A stretch of 64,000 nt of DNA from an uncultured virus (IMG/VR IMGVR_UViG_3300030104_002980) (Duplodnaviria > Heunggongvirae > Uroviricota > Caudoviricetes): IMG/VR virus record IMGVR_UViG_3300030104_002980. One strand, written 5' to 3'. Both the position numbers and the translations under genes were made by a program. Shown here in pieces: positions 9,499-18,818 of the stretch. Numbering within the stretch: position 1 is the stretch's first letter; the number at the start of each line of letters is the position of its first letter. The notes under the pieces are model-generated. The model searched no databases. It was not told the DNA's origin and saw only the letters and a list, made by a program, of their open reading frames with translations.

Positions 9499-11433
9499 AT
9501 GTCGGATAAACTACCGTCAATAGAAGATTTCACCATTGTTGGTGATCTTCCATCAGTTGACGATTTAATAACTGAAGAAAAATTACCCTCATTGGACGAG
9601 TTCATTGAGAAAGAGGATGAAGATGAAGTAGAAGATACTGCACCTTGTTCTATAGAAGAGAATATAACAGAGAAAGAAAAACAAGATTTAACAGAGATTT
9701 TACGTCTTATAAATGACGTAAGAAAAGATATTCCTGAGATTCCAGAGATAAAATCTTATGATGAAGAATTACAAAAAATATCAGAAAATATAGAAGAAGT
9801 CAGATCAGAGATTCCTGAAATTCCTGAAGTTAAATATTATGACAATGAGATAGAAACTGTTCACAAATTACTTGATGATTTAAAAGAAGAGATAAATCGA
9901 AACGCTGCCGATATACCTGAAATTAAATATTATGATGAGCAGATTAATGAATTAGATGAAAAAATAAAAAATCTGCCAGAGATAAAACATTATGACAGTG
10001 ATTTAACTTCTTTAAAAGAAGATATCATTGCAGTTAAAGAATCTATACCAGTATTTCCTAAATGGGTAAATGAAGTTAATGAAGTCCCTGATTTTTCATG
10101 GATTGGAAAAACATTTAGTGTCATTGATGATGATTTTGTAAAAGTAAATGATGGAATGGATTCGATAAAAAATCGAATCAATAGAGAAGTTCAAGAAATT
10201 GCGGAAACATTTGAAGTTAAGGAATTTGAAAATAAAATAGAAGTAGAAAAAATTACAAAAAATTTAAAAGAGACTAAAGATAAAATTTTCAAAGAATTAA
10301 GAGAAGCGGCTTTAAAGATATGGGATCACCACCATGAATTTAAAGATGATGATCGTAAATTAAAAAAACAAATTCTTAGTCATTATAATGCTTTAAAACA
10401 GAAAGTAGATAGTGAAGTTAAAGAATTTAATCGTAAAAATTTAGAAACAAAAGATTTATCAAAAGGATACTTTGATACATTAGCAGAAGAAATATCTAAT
10501 CTTCCTATTCCAAAATATTATGATGATAATATTAAAAATATAGAAAAAGATGTTATTAAGTTAAATAATCATCATGATTATAATACAACTAATATAACAG
10601 AGTTATATAAGATTGTTGAAGAATTAAAAGAAAAACAAGAGATATTAAAAGAGGAAGTAAATACTAGACCTATTCAACCAGATCCAAGTGAAGATAATAC
10701 AGATCCCCTTACACCAACCAATCAAAATTTTGCAACTCATGAAGATCTAGCAGAACATTATAAACTGTTCGTAAACAGAATCCAACAACAATTATATACG
10801 ATTGGTGGTGGTGGTGCAGGATTTATAAAAGATTTAGATGATGTTACTTTTGATAGTGGAATAGGCACAAATAAATTATTAATTTATAATGGAAATAAAT
10901 GGGTTGGTATTGCCAGCACAGCTTTAATAGGAAATATATCTGAAGTATCAGGTAATTTTAACGTTGCAGGAAACATAACTGCAACAGCAGCCACATTTAC
11001 TGGAAACGTTACGGTTGGTGGAACTATCACATATGATGATGTAACATTTTTAGATTCGGTAGGAGTTGCAACTGCTAGAAGTGGTTTAGATGTTGGTGGT
11101 GGAAGTATTACTCCGATTATATCAATTCAAGCAGCAACTGATACAACTACAACCACATCAGTATCTACAATTGATAGTTTCAGCAAATCAACGTTTAGAT
11201 CAGCTCAATATCAAATACAAATAACACAGGGATCTAATTATCATGTTACAACTTTGAATGTTTTACATGACGGGTCAACAGTGTTTTTAAATGAGTTTGG
11301 AACGATAAGGACAGGTGCATCTCTTGCATCTTTTGATGCTGATATTAGTTCTGATAATGTAAGAGTTAGAGCAACTCCAACCACGGATTCATCCACTGTT
11401 TTTAAATTAACAAAAACCCTAACTAGAGTATGA
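9499..11433 (+). CDS. Hypothetical coiled-coil protein with PEIKYYD repeats and C-terminal fibre-like beta domain
   Basis: 644 aa; acidic coiled coil, then GGGG hinge, then Thr/Ser-rich domain (FRSAQYQIQITQG...LHDG) resembling cyanophage fibre modules. Confidence 0.7.
   Translation: MSDKLPSIEDFTIVGDLPSVDDLITEEKLPSLDEFIEKEDEDEVEDTAPCSIEENITEKEKQDLTEILRLINDVRKDIPEIPEIKSYDEELQKISENIEEVRSEIPEIPEVKYYDNEIETVHKLLDDLKEEINRNAADIPEIKYYDEQINELDEKIKNLPEIKHYDSDLTSLKEDIIAVKESIPVFPKWVNEVNEVPDFSWIGKTFSVIDDDFVKVNDGMDSIKNRINREVQEIAETFEVKEFENKIEVEKITKNLKETKDKIFKELREAALKIWDHHHEFKDDDRKLKKQILSHYNALKQKVDSEVKEFNRKNLETKDLSKGYFDTLAEEISNLPIPKYYDDNIKNIEKDVIKLNNHHDYNTTNITELYKIVEELKEKQEILKEEVNTRPIQPDPSEDNTDPLTPTNQNFATHEDLAEHYKLFVNRIQQQLYTIGGGGAGFIKDLDDVTFDSGIGTNKLLIYNGNKWVGIASTALIGNISEVSGNFNVAGNITATAATFTGNVTVGGTITYDDVTFLDSVGVATARSGLDVGGGSITPIISIQAATDTTTTTSVSTIDSFSKSTFRSAQYQIQITQGSNYHVTTLNVLHDGSTVFLNEFGTIRTGASLASFDADISSDNVRVRATPTTDSSTVFKLTKTLTRV
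9730..10004 (+). repeat. Intragenic degenerate repeat (I/L)PE(I/V)K(Y/S/H)YD x4
   Basis: IPEIPEIKSYDEE, IPEIPEVKYYDNE, IPEIKYYDEQ, LPEIKHYDSD; a fifth copy LPIPKYYDDN near 10501. Confidence 0.8.
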
Positions 11434-11789
11434 AGACTTTTAAGGAATTCTTACAAGAGCAACCAACAATGTCGGGGGGAAATCCTCAAGCATATAGTCA
11501 GGATGCTGATGATAGTGGCCCTGTTGCCGGTCATGATAAAAGACTATTTCCTCAAGATATAGATCTTTTAGATCAAGGATTCCAAACTGCTGCAGAGACT
11601 GGAGAAAATCGTTATAACACATTTTCAAATGTGTATCCAGTTATGAGAGTATCGCTTTCAAATAATCAAGGTGATGGGCCTTCAATAGATAGTATGGTTG
11701 CAGCATCAAAGAAATTTGTTAATATAGAGGCAGCAAAAACTGCAGAAAGAATTAAAAAAACCTATCAACAATTCATGGGATACAGATGA
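11430..11789 (+). CDS. Hypothetical protein with T4 internal-protein-like capsid-targeting N-terminus
   Basis: Starts MKTFKEFLQE. Confidence 0.7.
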   Translation: MKTFKEFLQEQPTMSGGNPQAYSQDADDSGPVAGHDKRLFPQDIDLLDQGFQTAAETGENRYNTFSNVYPVMRVSLSNNQGDGPSIDSMVAASKKFVNIEAAKTAERIKKTYQQFMGYR

Positions 11790-12430
11790 AAAGTTTAGAT
11801 CGTTTTATAGAAGAGGCAGCAAAAAGTGTCTCTCCAAAAAAATGTCCACCCGGATCATATTATTGTTTTGATGAGAAAAAATGCAAAAAAATACCCGGAG
11901 GATACCACGTTGGTAGAGGTGGGTTTTTAGAACCTGACTCTAAAAAGAAAAATGGAAATGGAGGTAACGGTAATGGAAACGGAAATGGCAACGGAAATGG
12001 CAACGGTAATGGATCTGGAAATGGTAATGGCTCTGGTAATGGTGGGAACGGCGGCTCTGGTAATGGTGGGGGTGGCGGCGGTGGAATTGGCGAGGAGGTA
12101 GTAAACTTACCACTTCATGTTATAATTCCAAAATCTCAAGTTGAATTTAATCTAGGACTCATGTTTAAAGAGAGTTTAGATCAAGATACGGGAATGTTGT
12201 TCATATTTAAAGAGAATGGTGAAAAATATTTTCATATGAAAAATACAGTCATTCCTTTAGATGTTGCTTTTATTGACGAGCAAGGTTATGTTGCTAATAT
12301 CAAAGAATTATATCCTTTAAAAACAACTGCAATTCCATCAGAATGTAATGCCAGATATGCTCTTGAAGTTAATCGTGGTTGGTTTGAAAGAAATAATGTG
12401 AAAATAGGGGATAAAGTTTTAGATATATAA
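11786..12430 (+). CDS. DUF192-domain protein with N-terminal Cys motif and Gly-Asn linker
   Basis: GLMF...GMLFIF...FHMKNTVIPLDVAFID...YALEVNRGWF is DUF192-like; starts MKSLDRFIEE. Confidence 0.8.
   Translation: MKSLDRFIEEAAKSVSPKKCPPGSYYCFDEKKCKKIPGGYHVGRGGFLEPDSKKKNGNGGNGNGNGNGNGNGNGNGSGNGNGSGNGGNGGSGNGGGGGGGIGEEVVNLPLHVIIPKSQVEFNLGLMFKESLDQDTGMLFIFKENGEKYFHMKNTVIPLDVAFIDEQGYVANIKELYPLKTTAIPSECNARYALEVNRGWFERNNVKIGDKVLDI
11951..12085 (+). repeat. Low-complexity (GN)n/(G)n coding repeat
   Basis: NGNGGNGNGNGNGNGNGNGNGSGNGNGSGNGGNGGSGNGGGGGGG, built from synonymously varied codons. Confidence 0.9.
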
Positions 12431-12450
12431 TATATCGATCATGTATTTGA

Positions 12451-13014
12451 ATGGAAAGTAAGAAAGGACTGCTAAAGTGGTTCGCTCTTGGTGTTGGCAC
12501 TTTATTGGGCGTATCACATTTTAGTATGATTGGTTTACTGGCAAATCGAAAAACTTTGCCGGAGATTAATTTACCTGTAGGCCCATATACTTCATATGAA
12601 GTAAGAGCAGGGCATGAAGGTTATGAAATAAAATATCGGGCAAATGATCCGAAAGTATTAACAGTAGAGAAAGATATAAACAGAAAAGGTGGTTTTCTTG
12701 GTTTAGGAAATAACAAAACAATTGTAAAAGAACAATTTGTTATGAGTTCTAGTGGAGGATATAAACAGGAAAAGAAGCTTAGTGCAGCGCAAGTCGAATG
12801 TATCAAAGCAGCAGGAGGAGGAGAGCAAACGGGAAGACTTGTCGGGGGCAGTGTTGGCACTGTTGTTGCTAAGCCTCTTGCCTCTGTCCCCATTGTTGGT
12901 TGGGTTCTTGCTGGTGCTGCGACGATGATGGGAATGAATGAAGGTGCTGAGATAGGTGGAAATATGGCACAAGATTTGTCAGATGCATGCCAAGAAGAAA
13001 ACCTAACTAAATAA
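12451..13014 (+). CDS. Hypothetical membrane protein with glycine-zipper C-terminus
   Basis: N-terminal hydrophobic helix; GxxxGxxxG segment (GRLVGGSVG...GAEIGG) bracketed by two Cys. Confidence 0.7.
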   Translation: MESKKGLLKWFALGVGTLLGVSHFSMIGLLANRKTLPEINLPVGPYTSYEVRAGHEGYEIKYRANDPKVLTVEKDINRKGGFLGLGNNKTIVKEQFVMSSSGGYKQEKKLSAAQVECIKAAGGGEQTGRLVGGSVGTVVAKPLASVPIVGWVLAGAATMMGMNEGAEIGGNMAQDLSDACQEENLTK

Positions 13015-13034
13015 TAATACGATAACTCGTAAAC

Positions 13035-13421
13035 ATGACACCATCTCAAATTTCAGCATTAGAACATTGTGGTATCAAAGTTGAAGATGCCACTGGAGAC
13101 ATTAAGTTTCGTGAATTCGAGTTCATTGATATAATTAAAACAGAACCACTTAAATCACCAAAATCTAATATTCAATACACAGAATATCAAGAAGCAACAA
13201 AGCTTCCAGATTATAATAAAGTAGGAAATATAATAGACGTATACTTAGCATGGAGAGGATCAAGTTACATGATCAAAATGTTCTTCCCATCAGTCAAAAA
13301 ACCATCCCGTAGAGAAGTCCAGATACAGATGCAGAAAGTGTATCCCGGTGCTAAACTCTATAATTATCAGATATCCAATCATGACCCCGGAGCACCAATC
13401 CTCCAGACAACAAGAGGATAA
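13035..13421 (+). CDS. Conserved cyanophage hypothetical protein
   Basis: 128 aa; WRG...MFFP...PSR.EVQ...KVYPGA motif; preceded by CTAAATA (13007-13013). Confidence 0.75.
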   Translation: MTPSQISALEHCGIKVEDATGDIKFREFEFIDIIKTEPLKSPKSNIQYTEYQEATKLPDYNKVGNIIDVYLAWRGSSYMIKMFFPSVKKPSRREVQIQMQKVYPGAKLYNYQISNHDPGAPILQTTRG

Positions 13422-13512
13422 CAAGAATTTAAAGAAGAAAATAGAAAATTTACAAAAAGTTTTAGAGTTACAACAAAAAACAATTGATCACGACAAAAAA
13501 TTTATGATTTAA
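13381..13512 (+). CDS. Small coiled-coil ORF (43 aa) not in the supplied track
   Basis: MTPEHQSSRQQEDNKNLKKKIENLQKVLELQQKTIDHDKKFMI; fills the gap before gp17. Confidence 0.45.
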   Translation: MTPEHQSSRQQEDNKNLKKKIENLQKVLELQQKTIDHDKKFMI

Positions 13513-13515
13513 AAA

Positions 13516-15171
13516 ATGCCTACAGTTGAAAATATTTATCTTGGCAATCCTAATTTAAAGAAAGCCAATACACCAATTGAATTTACACAAGAACAGGTAT
13601 TAGAGTTTGTGGCATGTCGTCATGATCCTGTCTATTTTGCACAAAAATATATAAAGATAGTTACATTGGATCATGGATTGCAACCATTTGCAATGTATGA
13701 TTTTCAAAAAAAATTAATTGAGAATTTCCATGAAAACCGTTTTAACATCTGTAAGATGCCTAGGCAGACGGGTAAATCTACAACAGTTGTATCTTATCTC
13801 CTACATTATGCAGTATTTAATGATAATGTTAATATTGCAATACTCGCTAACAAAGCCTCCACTGCAAGGGATCTTTTAGGTAGATTGCAATTAGCATATG
13901 AAAATTTACCCAAGTGGATGCAGCAAGGTATTCTTGCTTGGAACAAAGGTTCATTAGAATTAGAAAACGGATCAAAAATATTAGCAGCATCCACATCAGC
14001 ATCAGCAGTTCGTGGAGGATCTTATAACGTCATATTCTTAGACGAATTTGCTTTCATTCCAAATCATATTGCAGATCAGTTCTTTGCATCTGTATATCCT
14101 ACAATATCATCTGGACAAAGCACAAAGGTTATAATAGTATCCACGCCACATGGTATGAATCATTTCTACCGTATGTGGCATGATGCTGAACGTTCAAAAA
14201 ATGAATATGTTCCTACAGATGTTCATTGGTCGGAAGTTCCGGGTCGAGATGAAAAATGGAGAGAACAAACAATTGCAAACACATCAGAAGCTCAATTTAA
14301 AGTTGAGTTTGAATGTGAATTTCTTGGATCAGTTGATACTTTGATTGCCCCAAGTAAATTAAGAAGTTTGGTATATGAGAATCCAATAAAAAGAAATGCT
14401 GGATTGGACGTATATGAAGATCCTGCTGTAAAGCATGATTATGTTTGCACAGTTGACGTTGCTCGTGGAGTTGGAAATGATTACTCTGCATTTGTAGTAA
14501 TTGATATTACAACTTTCCCTCACAAGGTTGTGGCAAAATATCGAAACAACGAAATAAAACCAATGCTGTTTCCCTCAATAATATATGAGGTATGCAAAAG
14601 TTATAACAATGCCTTTATATTATGTGAGGTGAATGATATTGGTGATCAAGTTGCATCAATTCTCAATTTCGATATGGAATATGAAAATCTCTTGATGTGT
14701 TCAATGAGAGGTCGCGCTGGTCAAATTGTTGGGCAAGGTTTTTCTGGAAAGAAAACTCAACTTGGTGTAAAAATGTCTAAGACCGTCAAGAAAGTTGGAT
14801 CGTTAAACCTAAAAACAATTGTTGAAGCAGATAAACTGATATTTTGTGATTATGAAATATTAAGTGAACTTACAACATTCATACAAAAAAGTAATTCATT
14901 TGAAGCAGAGGAAGGATGTAATGATGACCTCGCCATGTGTCTCGTCATATATGCATGGTTAGTTCAGTGTGATTATTTTAAAGAACTTACTGATCAAGAT
15001 GTCAGAAAAAGATTATATGAGGAGCAAAAAAATCAAATAGAACAAGACATGGCTCCCTTTGGTTTCATGGACGATGGACTTGGCGAAGATACGTTCATTG
15101 ATTCTGACGGTGATCGTTGGAATAAAGCTGACGAATATGGAGACCGATCTTTTATGTGGGAGTATCGATGA
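13516..15171 (+). CDS. gp17: Terminase large subunit gp17
   Basis: Walker A PRQTGKST, Walker B IFLDEFAF, nuclease DVARG and NDDLAM. Confidence 0.98.
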   Translation: MPTVENIYLGNPNLKKANTPIEFTQEQVLEFVACRHDPVYFAQKYIKIVTLDHGLQPFAMYDFQKKLIENFHENRFNICKMPRQTGKSTTVVSYLLHYAVFNDNVNIAILANKASTARDLLGRLQLAYENLPKWMQQGILAWNKGSLELENGSKILAASTSASAVRGGSYNVIFLDEFAFIPNHIADQFFASVYPTISSGQSTKVIIVSTPHGMNHFYRMWHDAERSKNEYVPTDVHWSEVPGRDEKWREQTIANTSEAQFKVEFECEFLGSVDTLIAPSKLRSLVYENPIKRNAGLDVYEDPAVKHDYVCTVDVARGVGNDYSAFVVIDITTFPHKVVAKYRNNEIKPMLFPSIIYEVCKSYNNAFILCEVNDIGDQVASILNFDMEYENLLMCSMRGRAGQIVGQGFSGKKTQLGVKMSKTVKKVGSLNLKTIVEADKLIFCDYEILSELTTFIQKSNSFEAEEGCNDDLAMCLVIYAWLVQCDYFKELTDQDVRKRLYEEQKNQIEQDMAPFGFMDDGLGEDTFIDSDGDRWNKADEYGDRSFMWEYR

Positions 15172-15440
15172 TTTATTTTTTACTTACAAGCGCAAGTTTT
15201 TTTAACTTTTTATTTTACATTTTTGCGATAGGATTTGTCATTGCATTGATATTAGAGCAAATTGTAAGAAGAGGTGGTGATGATCTAGATATTTTAATTG
15301 TTACAACTAATAGAAAATTTTGTTGGCGACAAGCTTGGCTTGTAAATATTCTTTGGTTTTTATGCAATATTCTACTGTATCTTTCAACAAGAGCAGCAGC
15401 ACCAGTTGGTTCAGATATTATCTGGAGAGGTGAATTGTAA
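15168..15440 (+). CDS. Hypothetical membrane protein
   Basis: Two hydrophobic segments; ATGA overlap with the gp17 stop suggests a start at 15168. Confidence 0.6.
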   Translation: MIYFLLTSASFFNFLFYIFAIGFVIALILEQIVRRGGDDLDILIVTTNRKFCWRQAWLVNILWFLCNILLYLSTRAAAPVGSDIIWRGEL

Positions 15441-15500
15441 AGAAAAACATTATAAAGAGAATGTTAAACTTGTAAATAATAAAGAACAAAGGTAGACTGA

Positions 15501-15683
15501 GTGGATTGGGATAAAGAAGTAAAATTATCTGAAATGGAGAGTATGATTACTGTTTACGAAAAACACATCGAACATTTAGAAAAAGAAAACGTTGAACTTA
15601 AGGACGAAGTTCTTTTTTTAAAAAAACAACTTGAATACAAGACAATGGGAAAACCAACACATGAGGTGAATAATGAGTGGTGA
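15501..15683 (+). CDS. Small coiled-coil hypothetical protein
   Basis: 60 aa, GTG start with AAAGG upstream. Confidence 0.6.
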   Translation: MDWDKEVKLSEMESMITVYEKHIEHLEKENVELKDEVLFLKKQLEYKTMGKPTHEVNNEW

Positions 15684-15828
15684 TGTAGGTTTATCAGGAG
15701 ATGACACGATCGTTTTCTATAGTAAAAAAATGACTGAAGCAAAAATGATTGTTTTAGCACACAAAGGAATTAAATTAAATTATGACTCTAAATATGATAT
15801 TAATAATGTAAAGTCATTAAACAATAAA
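15673..15828 (+). CDS. Small hypothetical ORF (51 aa) not in the supplied track
   Basis: MSGDVGLSGDDTIVFYSKKMTEAKMIVLAHKGIKLNYDSKYDINNVKSLNK; GAGGTG Shine-Dalgarno upstream. Confidence 0.55.
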
Positions 15829-15831
15829 TAA
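15824..15831 (+). promoter_or_regulatory. Late promoter (AATAAATA) for gp18
   Basis: NATAAATA about 34 nt upstream of the ATG. Confidence 0.7.
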
Positions 15832-15864
15832 TTTCTAGGTAAAACTGAGAACTCGGAGAAAAAC

Positions 15865-18171
15865 ATGGCGACTCCTCAATTATCTCCCGGCGTATTGGTC
15901 AGAGAGGTTGATTTAACAGTAGGAAGAGCAGATAATGTATTAGACAATATCGGCGCAATAGCGGGCCCATTTCGTCTTGGCCCAATTGATGAACCCATTC
16001 AAGTATCAAATGAAGAGGAGTTAATCAAAAATTTTGGTAAACCACTTTCAACTGATAGGCAGTATGAATATTGGATGAGTGCAGCATCATTCTTATCATA
16101 TGGTGGTGTATTAAAGGTAGTAAGAGCAGACGATGATGACTTAGGTAATGCTAACGCTGGTGTTGGTATTGCATCTACAACTGTCATTGGTGGATCAGGT
16201 GGTTTAAAAATAGAAAACTATGATGATTATCAGCAAAATCATGTTGCCGATACAAGTTTCTATTATGCTGCTAAAACTCCGGGTTCTTATGCTAACGGAT
16301 TAAAGGTTTGTCAGATCGATGATCAAGCAGATCAAATAATCGGAATCAATACAACAAGTTTAGAAGATTACGGTGCAACAATTGGTGTCGGTGTCACAGC
16401 AGCATTAACTAATGTTGTCATACCGGGTGCAGGATCAACTGCAACATTCACTGGACATCTGAAAGGAATCATTACAGGTGTGGCAACAGATGCTACAAAT
16501 GGTGATTCAAAAATTGATGTTAAGATTACTGCAAGAGTATCAAGTGCCGGAACAGAATTTAAAATAGATTATGCACAAAATTCACTAACCAACTCATTTA
16601 AAACAGTAACTGAAGGTGGTGGAGCAGGAATTGCAGCAACAACTGTATTCTTTGTGAATAGTTCAGGTATTAACACTGGTGCACCGAACGCACCAATCAC
16701 AGCTGCATCTGCAGAAATTGTAACAGCAGTAGATTGGTATGATCAACAAACACTTGGTTTAGAGAACTCAACTGTTTTCTGGAAAACACTTGCACCTAGA
16801 CCAGTATCTAACAAGTATACACTTGATAGAAATGGTAAGAACGATGGTATTCACGTTGCAGTCATTGATGATGCTGGAACAATAAGTGGTGTTCAAGGTA
16901 ATATTCTTGAGAAACATCTCCACTTATCTAAAGCACATGATGCTATCTCAAATGTAAATTCTCCAGAAAAAATTTACTATAAGCAATATCTTGCAGATAG
17001 ATCAGAAAATCTTTATGCTGGATTTAATCCATCACAATCACAAGATACTTTCCATAAAACTGCTGCTGGATCATTCCAAGAACCAAGAGCAACAGGATTC
17101 TCAACAGGATTTGTTGCAAATACAACTGCTCAAGGTTTGTGGAGTCAAAATGCTCAGAATAATACATTCGCAGCCATAGGTAATGTAACTTACAACCTTG
17201 GTGGGGGAACAGATTACACTAGCGTTTCTGGTGCGGTTCCTGCTCCCGGAGCAAATGGTGGAATGACTGCTACGCTCTCTGATCTTAAAACAGCGTATGA
17301 TACACTTTCAAATAAAGATGAACAGGCAGTTGATTTTATAATCATGGGGCCTGGTCTTGGATCTAGAGATTTATCTCAAGCAAAAGCAAATCATGTAATC
17401 TCAATTGCAAATGCAAGAAAGGATTGTATTGCTACTGTTGGGCCACATAGAGATGATCTTGTTAACATATCCAACACAACAACACAAACAAATAATTTAA
17501 TACAATATTTCAGTCCATTAACCTCATCATCATATTGTGTGTTTGATAGTGGTTACAAATATATGTTTGATAGATTCAATAATGAATTTAGATTCATTCC
17601 TGCTAATGGAGACACTGCCGGATTGATGGTTCGCACAGCGGTCACTTCATTCCCATGGTTCTCACCTGCTGGTGAACAAAGAGGTGTGTTGAATAACGCT
17701 ATTAAACTAGCATATAACCCAACCAAAGCACAGAGAGATATACTTTATCCTCAAAGGGTTAACTCTTACATAACCAAACCGGGAATCGGAACATTATTAT
17801 TTGGTGATAAAACTGGATTATCATTTGCATCTGCATTCGACAGAATCAATGTTCGTCGTTTATTCCTTACTGTGGAACAAGCACTTGAAAGTGCTGCTGA
17901 AGCACAACTCTTTGAGTTGAATGATGAACTAACAAGAGCAAACTTTAGAAATATTGTTGAACCGTTCTTGAGAGATGTTGAAGCAAAACGAGGAATATCA
18001 GGATTCCTAGTTATTTGTGATACATCAAACAACACTCCTGATGTTATTGATAATAATGAATTCAGGGCTGACATCTTCCTGAAACCAGCAAGATCAATCA
18101 ACTTCATCACACTAACATTCGTTGCCACTAGAACTGGAGTTAGTTTTGAAGAAGTCGCAGGTCGAGTTTAA
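15865..18171 (+). CDS. gp18: Tail sheath protein gp18
   Basis: LSPGVLVREVDLT, PWFSPAG, FDRINVRRLF, KPARSINFITLTFVATRTG. Confidence 0.98.
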   Translation: MATPQLSPGVLVREVDLTVGRADNVLDNIGAIAGPFRLGPIDEPIQVSNEEELIKNFGKPLSTDRQYEYWMSAASFLSYGGVLKVVRADDDDLGNANAGVGIASTTVIGGSGGLKIENYDDYQQNHVADTSFYYAAKTPGSYANGLKVCQIDDQADQIIGINTTSLEDYGATIGVGVTAALTNVVIPGAGSTATFTGHLKGIITGVATDATNGDSKIDVKITARVSSAGTEFKIDYAQNSLTNSFKTVTEGGGAGIAATTVFFVNSSGINTGAPNAPITAASAEIVTAVDWYDQQTLGLENSTVFWKTLAPRPVSNKYTLDRNGKNDGIHVAVIDDAGTISGVQGNILEKHLHLSKAHDAISNVNSPEKIYYKQYLADRSENLYAGFNPSQSQDTFHKTAAGSFQEPRATGFSTGFVANTTAQGLWSQNAQNNTFAAIGNVTYNLGGGTDYTSVSGAVPAPGANGGMTATLSDLKTAYDTLSNKDEQAVDFIIMGPGLGSRDLSQAKANHVISIANARKDCIATVGPHRDDLVNISNTTTQTNNLIQYFSPLTSSSYCVFDSGYKYMFDRFNNEFRFIPANGDTAGLMVRTAVTSFPWFSPAGEQRGVLNNAIKLAYNPTKAQRDILYPQRVNSYITKPGIGTLLFGDKTGLSFASAFDRINVRRLFLTVEQALESAAEAQLFELNDELTRANFRNIVEPFLRDVEAKRGISGFLVICDTSNNTPDVIDNNEFRADIFLKPARSINFITLTFVATRTGVSFEEVAGRV

Positions 18172-18202
18172 TTGAATAAATAACTAAAGGAGATTAACAA
18201 CT

Positions 18203-18793
18203 ATGGCAACAACTAGAGAAAACAAAACCATTTCTCAATTTAAATCTCAATTAATTGGTGGTGGAGCAAGACCGAATCTGTTTGAGGTAGAGATGGCAAC
18301 TTTACCTCCGGGCATAGCATGGCCTGCAGATAACTTTAGGTATATGTGCAAAGCGGCACAGTTACCAGCATCAGTTATTGCAAACATTGATATACCATTT
18401 AGAGGTCGTATTTTTAAAGTCGCTGGAGATAGAACCATTGAACCATGGAGTATCACAGTTATTAATGATGAAGACTTTAGAATTAGAAAAGCAATGGAAG
18501 AATGGGTTGATACAATTGCTAAATTAGAAAATAATTTAGGTGCAACCGATCCAAGTGCATATATGGTTAATGCAAAAGTATTCCAATTAGGTAGAGGATC
18601 TGTTCCAAGTTCACAAAATAACGCTGGTGACAGAAATACAGTTTTAAGAGAATATGAGTTTATCGACATATTTCCAACAAGTGTATCATCAATTGACCTA
18701 TCTTACGATTCTTCTGATACAATAGAAGAGTTCGTAGTTGATTTCGCAGTTCAGTCATTCCAGTTTATTGACGCAGGGGGCACTGACGGTTAA
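18203..18793 (+). CDS. gp19: Tail tube protein gp19
   Basis: GGARPNLFEV, FRGR.FKVAGDRT, IEEF motifs; AATAAATA at 18175-18182. Confidence 0.97.
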   Translation: MATTRENKTISQFKSQLIGGGARPNLFEVEMATLPPGIAWPADNFRYMCKAAQLPASVIANIDIPFRGRIFKVAGDRTIEPWSITVINDEDFRIRKAMEEWVDTIAKLENNLGATDPSAYMVNAKVFQLGRGSVPSSQNNAGDRNTVLREYEFIDIFPTSVSSIDLSYDSSDTIEEFVVDFAVQSFQFIDAGGTDG

Positions 18794-18818
18794 CTAAATA
18801 GATAAAAAGTAATAAATT

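Noticed and set aside
11951..12085. GN repeat as a contingency locus or diversity-generating retroelement target
   Set aside because: Codons are heterogeneous rather than a perfect microsatellite; no template repeat or reverse transcriptase is in the window.
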